Below, one piece after another: positions 1-11,282 of a stretch of DNA of 64,000 nucleotides. The stretch lies in NCBI GenBank assembly GCA_017499595.2, contig CM039008.1, positions 2,356,001 through 2,420,000 on the forward strand, given 5' to 3'. Origin of the DNA: Psilocybe cubensis (lineage: Eukaryota). Numbering within the stretch: position 1 is the first letter of the stretch; every line of letters begins with the position of its first letter. A program made the position numbers and the translations under genes. The notes beneath the pieces were generated by a model, which saw only the letters and a program-made list of their open reading frames with translations, did not search any database and had not been told where the DNA came from.

Positions 1-1335
1 AGACGGAGATATAGAGATAAGGAGGATATGGAGATGATCGAGCGTGCGTCGTCGCGCTGCGGTACACCTACATTTGGCTCCAACACCCGTCTCTCGTCTG
101 TTGAAGAAGCGCTCGCGCGCCTGGGAGGAGGGATCATGCGTGCGAAGACCATGGGCAACTCTGCAAGACAGCTCCCCACAATCACACCGCTCAAGCCAGC
201 TCTGTCACTCTCGACGACGGTGGGTGCGAAGGCAAAGGTGAAGAAGAAGCCGTCGCCGCTCTCTGTCCCGCTGCTACGCTCTGGGTCGTCGCCGTCGCCG
301 TCGCCTGTAGCTTCTCCGCCGCCGTCTTCTAGGAATGTTGGGTTCAAGTCGACGCTGGGGTTACCTGGCTCGTCGCAGGCTGCGAATATGCAGACGACTC
401 CCCCGTCAAGACATACACATTCACACTCGCAGTCGCATCTCTTGCAGCTTCCGCCTCGTTCGCCCGGTGCGAGGGTGATTCCGAGGAGGATGTCGCTGGC
501 GTGTCTGAAGGTCCAGAGCTCGTCGCAGACGCAGACTACCACCAACCCTGTGCAGACATTGCTCGCTTCTCCGCAGAGACAGCTGCTTCCTTCGCCCCTG
601 TCGCCGTCGTATACACATTCTTCTCAGGCCGAGGCAAACGCGCAGACGATTACGTCTCCTAAAGCCCAAGGAGGCCCGGCCAAGATGAAAAGGAGGGCGT
701 CGTACGCGCATCTCTCGCATACACATACGAGCTCAGTGTCGCCTGGTTTCTTTCCCCCGACGAGTATGATACCTGTCAGGGTGCAAGGTGAACTGCACTC
801 CCAGCCGCCTGTGTCGCCTGGGACTGGAACGAGCACCGGTATCAGTGCGAGGTACATGACACCATCAGCAGCATCGACTTTGGCTTCGACGTCGTCGGCC
901 TCCTCCTCTGCGTCAGCGTCGACGGCGTCGTCTATAGCTGGCTCACCGCTTCCTTTTGCAAACCCTCCTTCACATTCTCATACACCGCTTCCTCGTGGAT
1001 CGAAGACACTGGGCCCTGCGCGGAGAGCGTCGAATGCGCATTTGACATCGATGTTCGCTGCGTCTGCGCTTAGCCCTGGGGGAGGAGTGGGTAGGGCAGG
1101 AGGGGCGACGTATCGTAAACGCTCTGGGACGGTCGTTGTTGGCCCGTCTATTAGCTTGCGGCCCGGTGATGCTGTTGTTTTGCGGTCTGCTGGTGATGGT
1201 GAAGCTGATGTAAGGGATGTCGATGAGACGGAAGACGAGAGGAGCGCGAGAGAGTGTGGAAATTTACGTGGCGGAACTGCCTCGAGTACGATTTCGATTC
1301 GGGATATGGATGCATCGCTACACTCGACTCCATAA
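1..1335 (+). CDS. 3' end (last exon) of a Ser/Pro/Thr-rich low-complexity protein; 5' part lies outside the window
   Basis: Open frame from position 1 to TAA at 1333-1335 (435 aa from the first Met). Disordered composition with RRxS motifs, followed by T-rich 3'UTR-like sequence. Confidence 0.65.
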   Translation, partial: RRRYRDKEDMEMIERASSRCGTPTFGSNTRLSSVEEALARLGGGIMRAKTMGNSARQLPTITPLKPALSLSTTVGAKAKVKKKPSPLSVPLLRSGSSPSPSPVASPPPSSRNVGFKSTLGLPGSSQAANMQTTPPSRHTHSHSQSHLLQLPPRSPGARVIPRRMSLACLKVQSSSQTQTTTNPVQTLLASPQRQLLPSPLSPSYTHSSQAEANAQTITSPKAQGGPAKMKRRASYAHLSHTHTSSVSPGFFPPTSMIPVRVQGELHSQPPVSPGTGTSTGISARYMTPSAASTLASTSSASSSASASTASSIAGSPLPFANPPSHSHTPLPRGSKTLGPARRASNAHLTSMFAASALSPGGGVGRAGGATYRKRSGTVVVGPSISLRPGDAVVLRSAGDGEADVRDVDETEDERSARECGNLRGGTASSTISIRDMDASLHSTP

Positions 1336-2228
1336 CCCCTTTGGTGAAAAACGGTGCATGTTTCCTCTCTCGGTTTCTTCTTTATTACTATCCGCGATTT
1401 ATCTCAAAGGCATATTTGAATGCGTGTGTTTCGGGTATGGACTTTACTTCATGCTTTCTCTTTTCGTTCCGCCTCTCTTTTTTTAACTAGGGTTATGGAT
1501 TTGTGGTAACATTATGAAGCCAAACAATGGACTTTTTTTTCTACTTCTGTTTGTTTGCTCGCATTTTTAACACCCGCCTGCCGTCCCTCAAACCCATGCA
1601 TTCCTGCAAGACCCATCAAGCTCAATCTCCGGAGCGGATACGAGTGCGCAACATCCACTTCATCATTGCTTTGCTCACTCTTTGCTCAAACAGTCTTGCA
1701 AGACTCAGCATCGGTTTTTCACTCGTCCTCTCACCCTTCTGCTCCAGGCAGTCATCCCATCCTGGCTCCTCGATACCCGCCTTTATTGCCTTAAACTGAC
1801 CGCTATCCAATCTGCCCACCTCACTTACTCACTCCGCCGGCAGCGCACAAGTCAAAAAGGATCAATAATGACTCCCTCTCCTGTCCCTCAAGATGGCCTC
1901 TCACTTTCTGCACTCGTTCTCTGCCGATGCACTCACCGCCTCCGATCAATTCATCTCTCGAATCGGCCAAAACTTCAAAACAAAGCAAAACGACAGTAAA
2001 CTCACCCGACGCAAGACTTCCGGCCGTACATCCAGCGCTGGCCATGACAGGAGCCATCCAAAGGGAGACCGTACCTTCTCTTCAAGGATTGGGGTGGTGG
2101 TGAGGTCCCTGAACAATATCCTATTCCCAACTCACACTCTGCACGCTGATCACCACCTGCACTCGTTCTTCCCCCCTCCGATCCAATCATCCCTTGATTC
2201 GGTCAAAACCTCAAAACACAGCAACTGA

Positions 2229-3070
2229 CAGCAAACTCACCCGACCCAAGACCCGCGGCGGCACATCCAGCGCTGCCTACGCCAGGAGCCATCGCGATTA
2301 CGTTTTCAGCACATCATAAAACCGAGGTGCAAGAGTTGGAGGGCTCGCAACGACTAGACACTCACAGCTGCAGAAAGAATCGGTCAAATTTCAAAACAAA
2401 GGAGAATGTCAGCGAATTCACCCAACACACCCTGCGCCGCCTACGCCAGAAGCCATTCACAACGACGACGTGTTATTTTGCCGCGCTTACCTTCTCTTCG
2501 AGCGAGGTCTGAGAGTCTAGGAGAAGAGGGAGACACTGACACCTGCAGAACAAATCGGTCAAACCTCAAAGCAGAACGACAGCAAACTCACCCGACACAA
2601 GACCCGCGGCAGCACATCCAGCGCTGCCTACGCCAGGAGCCATCGCGATTACGTTTTCAGCACATCATAAAACCGAGGTGCAAAAGTTGGAGGGCTCGCA
2701 ACGACTAGACACTCACAGCTGCAGAAAGAATCGGTCAAATTTCAAAACAAAGGAGAATGTCAGCGAATTCACCCAACACACCCTGCGCCGCCTACGCCAG
2801 AAGCCATTCACAACGACGACGTGTTATTTTGCCGCGCTTACCTTCTCTTCGAGCGAGGTCCGAGAGTCTAGGAGAAGAGGGAGACACTGACACCTGCAGA
2901 ACAAATCGGTCAAACCTCAAAGCAGAACGACAGCAAACTCACCCGACACAAGACCCGCGGCAGCACATCCAGCTCTGCCCACGCAGGAGCCATCCACAGC
3001 GACACCTTACCTTCTCTTCAAGCGAGGTCCGAGAGTCTAGGAGAAGAGGGGTGAGAGCTCGAAACGACTA
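2229..3070. repeat. 351-bp tandem repeat (~2.4 copies), each unit made of two diverged ~175-bp subunits
   Basis: AGCAAACTCACCCGAC recurs at ~2230, 2581 and 2932. Near-identical ORFs at 2327/2678 and 2406/2757 are offset by 351. A degenerate extra unit lies near 1990. Confidence 0.9.
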
Positions 3071-3134
3071 GACATGCTCTAGTACTCACTGTGCATCGCG
3101 CAGAACGTTCTGTGGTCTGCAACTGCAACTGCGC

Positions 3135-4575
3135 GTCAGAGGGGCTTGTCGGGCGTATGAAAATGGGCTAGACTCACCCTGTTCCGGTCGCTATGGCTGT
3201 CCGTTTGCACATTTAATACCAATCATTAATCTTTTTGTCCCATACTTAGAAGTCTTGGACTAAGTCTTCCGATAAGTATATCTTATGGTGTTCGAAGATA
3301 GAAAAATGGCTTCCAATCATAAAGATCCCATATCCACACATTTGTATATTGCAACCTTTGGTACAACTTTGAGTACCATACATATAGTTTTGGAGCCCAC
3401 ATATATATATTAGAATCCCTTACATAGAAAACTCATGCCCTTTCATACATTTTTTGCTCCCCCACATATATCTACTGGTTCCGGCAATCTTAGATTTTAC
3501 CTGTCGTCGTCCCGAAGATATACAGGCGATTTTCGGCATTTTTTATGCCGAGGCAAGCTTGCCTTCGTGCGAATTCGGCAAATCTCGGCAATCAGCCAGA
3601 CGAATCACAGCACATTGCTGTTTTTTCACCTTGACACTGGCAGAGTAAGCACTGACAAAGTTTCAAATACTAACCGATTGTGAATGCTACAATGTAAGCT
3701 GAATACAGCATTATTTCGTGTTTTTTCTGAGCCAAGCGCTGTGATGACAGCTAGTAGCGGATGTGTTAAGCTTGGTTAAGGTTAAATACACCTGAAAATG
3801 AGGTTATAGGTAGTCAATCTATTCAGTGTCAGCTATACGCACAGGTTTGGTGTTTCTTTTGTCAATCGTGAAATTTTAAATCCATATTGTGAACTTAAAA
3901 CACTCGCCTAGCTGCTCCACGAGTAGCTATCCACCCCAAAGCGGGGTACAAACATAATTCCCACACGGATTCGGCAGTGACGGCACGCACGATGGTCATC
4001 TCAACAACTCTATATCTTTGGAAAAAATGTTAGATATATGGGGAGGTGGTTTCAAAGTATGGTATAAGATTTCCTACGTAGGGGATAGATGCATATATGT
4101 CCGTACCTTTCATTAAAGCTGAAGGTCCTGTACATACAATGATTGGGATGATTTCCTCTATCTTCGGAAGCTATTTCTCTATGATTGGGACACCAATATA
4201 TATAATCGGCATTGTGTAAAAATGTCCTTTATATGTATGGGACAAAAAGATTGATGATTGGTATTAAATGTGCAAACGGACAGCCATAGGTCGCACAGTT
4301 GCCAGTGCAGAGCACTCCTTGAAGCACGTCAGTTTTCCGTGGCGAGTCGCCTGGCCGGCATACTCTGTCAGGCCTTCATTGTTGTCGGTGTGCAGAGAGT
4401 GACTGCGCATCAGAGGGGCTTGTCGGGCGCATGAAACGGGCGCAGACTCACATTTTCGAGGTCGCTCAGTTGCCAGCGCAGAGCACTGCTTGCAGCGCTT
4501 CGGTTTCTGTAGCGAGTTGGTTGACCGGCGTACTTGGTCAGACCGTCGTCATCGTTGTCGGTGTGGACAGAGCGA
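3135..4575. repeat. Diverged ~180-bp tandem duplication, first unit interrupted by the 3192-4288 element
   Basis: CAGAGGGGCTTGTCGGGCG...GACTCAC...GGTCGC.CAGTTGCCAG.GCAGAGCAC occurs split around the element and intact at ~4411-4570. Confidence 0.8.
3192..4288. mobile_element. Non-autonomous TIR DNA transposon (1097 bp), family 1; TATGG termini and 6-bp TSD (IS3EU-like)
   Basis: ~54-bp TIRs TATGGCTGTCCGTTTGCACATTTAATACCAATCAT with one mismatch. GGTCGC flanks both sides (3186-3191, 4289-4294). No transposase ORF. Confidence 0.92.
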
Positions 4576-4626
4576 GTGGAAAGGAGTGGAAAGGAAAGCT
4601 GAGGGGATTAGGGGATGAGTGAAAGC

Positions 4627-5984
4627 TATGGCTGCCCAAGTGGGGAAATATTCCCCGTAAATATAATTTCCTTATTTTTGACAAGTGCGTCAAGTATAAA
4701 ACAAAATTTGCGCGCGGAAACATTTGTTTGGTGCCCAGATTGATTTCAAGGTAACTTTGACGAGTCCGTAAATAAAATTGACTGCGCGGAAACATATTTT
4801 TCGCATAATTTGCAAGCTTGAGTGCACTATTTCTGCTCCAAATTATATTTTTCGTGTAAATTATATGCGCGTAAGTATGGCTGCCCAAGTGGGGAAATAT
4901 TCCCCGTAAACTTATTTATGTATTTTTCTTACTGCGTGAATTTGTAAAAAAAAAGTTGGAGCGCGGAAACATTTTTTGAGTGCGCAGATTGTTTTCTAGC
5001 TTAGCCGTAAACATATTTGACTGCGCGGAAACATATTTTGGGCATATTTTGCTAGCGCACATAAATTTCTACTGCCCTCAATTATACTTAATGCATAAAC
5101 ACTGTGCGCGTAGATACATTTTGTGCCGCAAACAAATCTTTCGAGGCGCGGAAAACATTGTTCAATTGCACTATTTCTAGCCTAAAGTGACCAGCCGTTA
5201 TGCCGAGATTATGTAAAATGATCTACAATGGCACCTCGGCACACCGAAACGAATTCAAGCTCCACCTTTCGGATTTTTGAAGAAAGTGATATCAAGGATT
5301 CTGTAATGCAATTCTAACCCACATTCATTTAATTACAAATTGATTACTATATAATCTACACTCTTTTGAAATATATTAATGTTGCTTTAATCAAGGAATG
5401 TGAGATAATCGCCTTGAAATCGCCTGTGTCGCTTTCTTGCACAGCCACTGATGCGCAATTATGATGGCAGTTGCTAATATTTTACTTTGTACACAATGGT
5501 TGTGGGCAATATTTTGACTTATTCTCGTGGATTTCTATGTAATACATATTTCAACATGTTTTTTCAATGTTACTTTCCCATTTTCGACTCTACCAATGCA
5601 CAAATGCGCTCAAGAATACACTGATTGATGCCTTTCCCACGATTGATGGGGTTTTTTTCACACAATGCTTGAGATGTCTGAAATGGCGCACAAGCTGCGC
5701 TGCTAATGGGGAGACCCCAAATTTACCTGATATGCTCTAATACTACATATAAAGTACTACACAAATTGTTATATCGTCATACGAGGCAGTAATAGATAGA
5801 ATAGCGATGTATTTTGTGTAGGTTTATCGGAACTTGAACTCGTTTAAGGTGTGCCGAGGTGCCATTTTAGATCATTTTACATAATCTCGGCATAACGGCT
5901 GGTCACTTTAGGCAAGAATCAATGGTTGTGAACAATGTTTTCCGCGCATTGGGGGGTTTGTTCAGCGCACAAAATGTACTTACG
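4627..5984. mobile_element. Internally inverted copy of family-2 TIR element: 249 bp of left end, then the remaining 1109 bp in reverse orientation
   Basis: 4627-4875 matches 5985-6233. 4876-5984 is the reverse complement of 6228-7336. CGTAAG (4870-4875) and CTTACG (5979-5984) mark the two junctions. Confidence 0.92.
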
Positions 5985-7336
5985 TATGGCTGCCCAAGTG
6001 GGGAAATATTCCCCGTAAATATAATTTCCTTATTTTTGACAAGTGCGTCAAGTATAAAACAAAATTTGCGCGCGGAAACATTTGTTTGGTGCCCAGATTG
6101 ATTTCAAGGTAACTTTGACGAGTCCGTAAATAAAATTGACTGTGCGGAAACATATTTTTCGCATAATTTGCAAGCTTGAGTGCACTATTTCTGCTCCAAA
6201 TTATATTTTTCGTGTAAATTATATGCGCGTAAGTACATTTTGTGCGCTGAACAAACCCCCCAATGCGCGGAAAACATTGTTCACAACCATTGATTCTTGC
6301 CTAAAGTGACCAGCCGTTATGCCGAGATTATGTAAAATGATCTAAAATGGCACCTCGGCACACCTTAAACGAGTTCAAGTTCCGATAAACCTACACAAAA
6401 TACATCGCTATTCTATCTATTACTGCCTCGTATGACGATATAACAATTTGTGTAGTACTTTATATGTAGTATTAGAGCATATCAGGTAAATTTGGGGTCT
6501 CCCCATTAGCAGCGCAGCTTGTGCGCCATTTCAGACATCTCAAGCATTGTGTGAAAAAAACCCCATCAATCGTGGGAAAGGCATCAATCAGTGTATTCTT
6601 GAGCGCATTTGTGCATTGGTAGAGTCGAAAATGGGAAAGTAACATTGAAAAAACATGTTGAAATATGTATTACATAGAAATCCACGAGAATAAGTCAAAA
6701 TATTGCCCACAACCATTGTGTACAAAGTAAAATATTAGCAACTGCCATCATAATTGCGCATCAGTGGCTGTGCAAGAAAGCGACACAGGCGATTTCAAGG
6801 CGATTATCTCACATTCCTTGATTAAAGCAACATTAATATATTTCAAAAGAGTGTAGATTATATAGTAATCAATTTGTAATTAAATGAATGTGGGTTAGAA
6901 TTGCATTACAGAATCCTTGATATCACTTTCTTCAAAAATCCGAAAGGTGGAGCTTGAATTCGTTTCGGTGTGCCGAGGTGCCATTGTAGATCATTTTACA
7001 TAATCTCGGCATAACGGCTGGTCACTTTAGGCTAGAAATAGTGCAATTGAACAATGTTTTCCGCGCCTCGAAAGATTTGTTTGCGGCACAAAATGTATCT
7101 ACGCGCACAGTGTTTATGCATTAAGTATAATTGAGGGCAGTAGAAATTTATGTGCGCTAGCAAAATATGCCCAAAATATGTTTCCGCGCAGTCAAATATA
7201 TTTACGGCTAAGCTAGAAAACAATCTGCGCACTCAAAAAATGTTTCCGCGCTCCAACTTTTTTTTTACAAATTCACGCAGTAAGAAAAATACATAAATAA
7301 GTTTACGGGGAATATTTCCCCACTTGGGCAGCCATA
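5985..7336. mobile_element. Complete non-autonomous TIR element (1352 bp), family 2; TATGG termini (IS3EU-like)
   Basis: 35-bp TIR TATGGCTGCCCAAGTGGGGAAATATTCCCCGTAAA at both ends. Internal ~65-bp inverted repeat (~6300-6364 and ~6967-7031) and subterminal GCGCGGAAA motifs. No coding capacity. Confidence 0.93.
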
Positions 7337-8188
7337 GATAATCGTCTTGAAATCGCCGTGAACGTTGCTTGAACGTGAAGTGTCGCTTTCTTGCACAGCC
7401 ACTAATGCGCAATTGTGATGGCCGCTGCTAATACTTTACTTCGTACACAGTAGTTGCGGGTAATATTTTGACATATTCTCGTAGATACCTATGTAATACA
7501 TATCTTACCACGCATTTCAATCTTATTCTCCTATTCCCGACTCTCCAAATGCACAAATGCGCTCAAGAATGCACTGATTGATGTCTTTCCCACGATAGAT
7601 GAGGTTATTTCACACAATGCTAGAGATGTCTGAAATGGCACACTAGCTGCACCACTAATGGGGAGACCCCAGAACCACTGGGGATTTGCTAATGCTACAT
7701 GTAAAGCACTGCAGAAATTGTTATTTTGTCCTATAAGGCAGTACTAGATAGAATAACCATGCATTGTGTATACAACTGTCGGAGCTTGAACTTGTTTTGG
7801 TGTGCCGAGGTGCCATGTTAGATCATTTTACATAATCTCGGCATAACGGCTGGTCACTTTAGGCTAGAAATAGTGCAACTGAACAATGTTTTCCGTGCAT
7901 CGAAAGATTTGTTTGGGGCTCAAAATGTTTCTATGCGCATAGGATTTATGCATTAAATATAATTGAGGGCAGTAAAAATTTACGTGCGCTAGCAAAATAT
8001 GTCCAAAATATGTTTCCGCGCAGTCAAATATGTTTCCGCGCAATCAAATATATTTACGGCTAAGCTAGAAAACAATCTGCGCACTCAAAAAATGTTTCCG
8101 CGCTCTAACATATTTTTTACAAATTCACGCAGTAAGAAAAATACCTAAATAAGTTTACGGGGAATATTTCCCCACTTGGGCAGCCATA
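7337..8188. mobile_element. Truncated, diverged relative of the family-2 element retaining one TIR
   Basis: 7337-~7860 resembles 5404-5911 with many substitutions. ~7860-8188 resembles 7030-7336 and ends in the same TIR (...CTTGGGCAGCCATA). Confidence 0.88.
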
Positions 8189-8305
8189 GGTACGGACTTT
8201 GCATTATGATCCTTCTCTTTTCGTTCCGTTTCTCTTTTTCTAAACTAGGGCATGACACTAGGGTTATGGATCTGTGATAACATTATGAAGCCGAACAATG
8301 GACTT
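8189..8305 (+). repeat. Diverged duplicate of 1434-1535 (3' flank of the first gene)
   Basis: Shared blocks GGTA.GGACTTT, TTCTCTTTTCGTTCCG, CTAGGGTTATGGAT and TAACATTATGAAGCC.AACAATGGACTT. Confidence 0.85.
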
Positions 8306-9030
8306 GTTTCTGATTCTGGTCTATCCACAGTTCTAGCAGACCTAAAGAAAGAAGGAGAGGACCGCCAGCCGAAGCAGAAACATCAGCTTTCCCCAGAATG
8401 GCGGTTGAACAACCTATCTCATTGCACAGGATTAGTGTTTCACGTAAGCAGTTTGAAAGCAAAAAGTTCGGTGTAGAAGAAAGGAGGAGGCGGTGGTAGT
8501 CGGACGGCGTCTCCTTCCCCCATGTGAAGACGTACCTATTATTTGGCCACGTCACTCAGCGCACTTCCAGTACGACGTTTGCACGCAAACAATGCGCGTA
8601 GAATACTACTTCTCTTGGAGCCTCTGCGTTGGATCAAATTTTGAACTTGGAATAAACACAAATTTGAAGTAATAGTTTTGTCTTGAGTTCGTTGTGGACT
8701 TCACTTATTTTCTTCCAATTTTGAATCGCCAAACGACAAAGTCAAGCTCCTTCCGGACTCGGATCCACGGACACCGATTTGAAGCAGGCATAGAACACCT
8801 GCAGGCTTATGTCTACATTCGTGAACATTCCTATCCAAGGGAGATGACGCGTCGACGCGTATCTCACAGCATGTGATCGAATAATGATCAAGGTAAATCC
8901 CTAGCATCTTATTAAGAGAGTAGCTCAGACCGACTGCAAACCTAGCAAATCTATGAAATTTCAGCTTCAACCGTGCCCGCCACTGTTAAAATTTGACCTT
9001 GCGATACTTTCTCTCCCGTGTGTTCTCAAA

Positions 9031-10102
9031 ATGCAATTTTCCTCCCTCAAAAACTACGTGTTCTCTTTAGTTCACAAACTGCAACGCATGTTCAGGACGT
9101 CGTCCGATTCTCAGGCATACCTGTACCCCGAACTCTACTTTGGGAGCCATGTAGATATAAGAGGATACCTGTTGCATCTCAGGAATGCCTATGGCTATAG
9201 CTGGCACCCAAAAGAGGAGATGACGGCGTTGCGCGTGGTGAGGGCATCTCTTATGAAGAAACTACATTTGGCGACGTCAGAAAGTGGATCCCTCCTGCTG
9301 GAACTCAGAGACCCCAATGGATGACTACATTACCTCTATTTCGAACGACTCGCAGGAGACACAGACGATTCCACAAGTCCGAGGTGCCAGAGCAAATTCA
9401 ATCTGACGCTGAGTTACCGCCTTCGAGTACAACAAGTTTGCATCATCCGAGTTCGCCTCAAAATTCCCACAGACAACTATCGAGCAACACCTCCTCAAGC
9501 TCGCCCCATTTGTCTTCATGTCATTATTTATTAAAGGAAGGGGATGCTCTTGATACTGTTACATGCGCCAGAAACGGTCCGCGCCGCAGCGAAGTATGCA
9601 TGCGCTCACTTGATTTCAAAAGCGAAGCAACTGGTGACTCAACAAATGTGACCCAAGAGCAACCATCCGTGTACCAAATCGCGGTGCTCGCAAACACCTT
9701 GCACGGACTGCAATCGCAATACCATTTATGGGACGCCAATCGCTACCATTTCTCGGGCATGCTTTACACCATTCTCAAGGAGCTTTATCATCCGCGTGAA
9801 ACTGTTATGCGGGTCCGTGATGGAATCTGGAAGCGCACTGGCATACCCTTGTTCTCTCCGCCACCTATCGAAACCATATTGTCCATCATTGATGATTACC
9901 GTGTTGATCTCGAAAACTTCGAGGCCGAGGTATGTGTTATACTTTTTGTCTGACATTTGGGACTTGATCATGACTTTTCCTCAAGGTTCAAGAAAGACAC
10001 AACAAGAAGCAAGTTGAGGCCGAGGTGAGGGCTGAACAAGCAGAAGCGAGAGTTAAAGCGCTAGAAGAAGAGTTGAAGGCGTACAAGAACGCACAGAAGT
10101 AG
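9031..10102 (+). pseudogene. Pseudogene paralog of the PPPDE-like/coiled-coil gene at 16611-17955
   Basis: Collinear similarity (KEEMTALRVV..SLMK, LLLELRDPNG*LHYLYFER, PSVYQIA, YHL...NRYHF). In-frame TGA at 9322-9324 and a frameshift near 9370. Intron ~9930-9985 is at the same position as in the paralog. Confidence 0.85.
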
Positions 10103-10634
10103 ATCTCGTAAGCGATTCAATTTTAATGTCCACGCCACCGAGTTCATCAGACTCACGATAATATCTCAATGTTGAATATTTTAGAAACTAGAATCAGGAA
10201 TGGTCAGTGTGGTACCATTCTCCAGGGCATTCCTCAATTGAAATATATCACCGTCCTTGTCCGCAGTTTGCATCTACACTCTGAATATGTTTGACGATGA
10301 TCTTTTTTGGTATTTTAAATACATTTATGGCTCGTCGTACGTGTACTATACAAATATGTTACACTCTTCGTTCGGCTGCTTAGATCTTAACACTCATCTG
10401 ATCACACAATCTCCTGTTCTCAGGCTCGTAAATGCACATTGACTTGAATGTTGAACCACTGCTAGAAGAAATAATGTAAGCGGTTCAATATTTTCTTTTG
10501 AACGTCTCCTCGCCAAAATTGCTGTAGAATCCCTGTCAAGTAATATACAAAACCACATGTAACTGCAATGTCACTGAAGATATAATTCATCGCAAGAAAT
10601 CAGATAGAGAAGATGGAAAAATAAGAGATGGCGC

Positions 10635-11282
10635 GCACCCCCATACTCACATCACAGTGTCGGAAACAGGACCTACACACTCGCCACAAGCTGGCCCGCC
10701 GCAGCACCAATGCGACATGTAACAGCTTGGACCGCGGGGTGAGCAGTGACCGATTGGGATTTCGCATTCCCACCACCGCTCTCGTTCACCGGCGTTTCCG
10801 CCTACATACATTGCTGTCGAGGCGGAAGACAAAGGCGCTGGGGAGACATACAGCTGCGAATTTTGAATTGAATGCCTTTGCGCTGCGTTCACCATTGGCA
10901 CCGATACACCCACGCGCAGGCACGGGTGCGCGCGTCCTAGTCAAGATGTGATAACAATGCATCAGCCCGCTGTTCATCAATCCATCCCGCCCCACTATCG
11001 CAACACAAATTGGCTAAGGACACTTTGGTATTTTTTAGAGTAGAAACACCCAATTCCAGCAGTAGAACATGTCCAACATTTCGAATGGTCAGTGGTGTGT
11101 GTTTCATTCAACGTGTAAAATGCACCATTTCATCAGTATCTGCCCACGCTTCAACTCAGCATCACGGTTCGCATTAGCGTCGTCGTCGTCGTCTGAGATC
11201 AGGAGGTGTAAATCCATCTTCTTCGACTCTCTGTGCGTAGGATAACCCCAGCCGGTCAAGAGCGTTTGTCGAGAGCGATGTC
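10635..11282 (-). pseudogene. Decayed 5' fragment of an O-methyltransferase gene
   Basis: Minus strand of 10650-10750 reads VTAHPAVQAVTCRIGAAAGQLVASV*, matching LTAHPAVQAAICRIVAAAGQLAASVQ of the 19575-21610 copy. It carries stop codons. Confidence 0.75.

Noticed and set aside
2229-3070. Possible CRISPR-like array
   Set aside because: Whole 351-bp units repeat, there are no unique spacers or cas genes, and the context is eukaryotic.
4980-7232. Identical 66-aa ORFs at 4980-5180(+) and 7032-7232(-), and the mirror ORFs in 13011-14543
   Set aside because: They are by-products of inverted non-coding transposon arms, with no transposase or other domain motifs.
9322-9324. In-frame TGA as selenocysteine or readthrough
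   Set aside because: It aligns to Gly in the intact paralog and comes with a frameshift and loss of catalytic motifs, so pseudogenisation is the simpler explanation.
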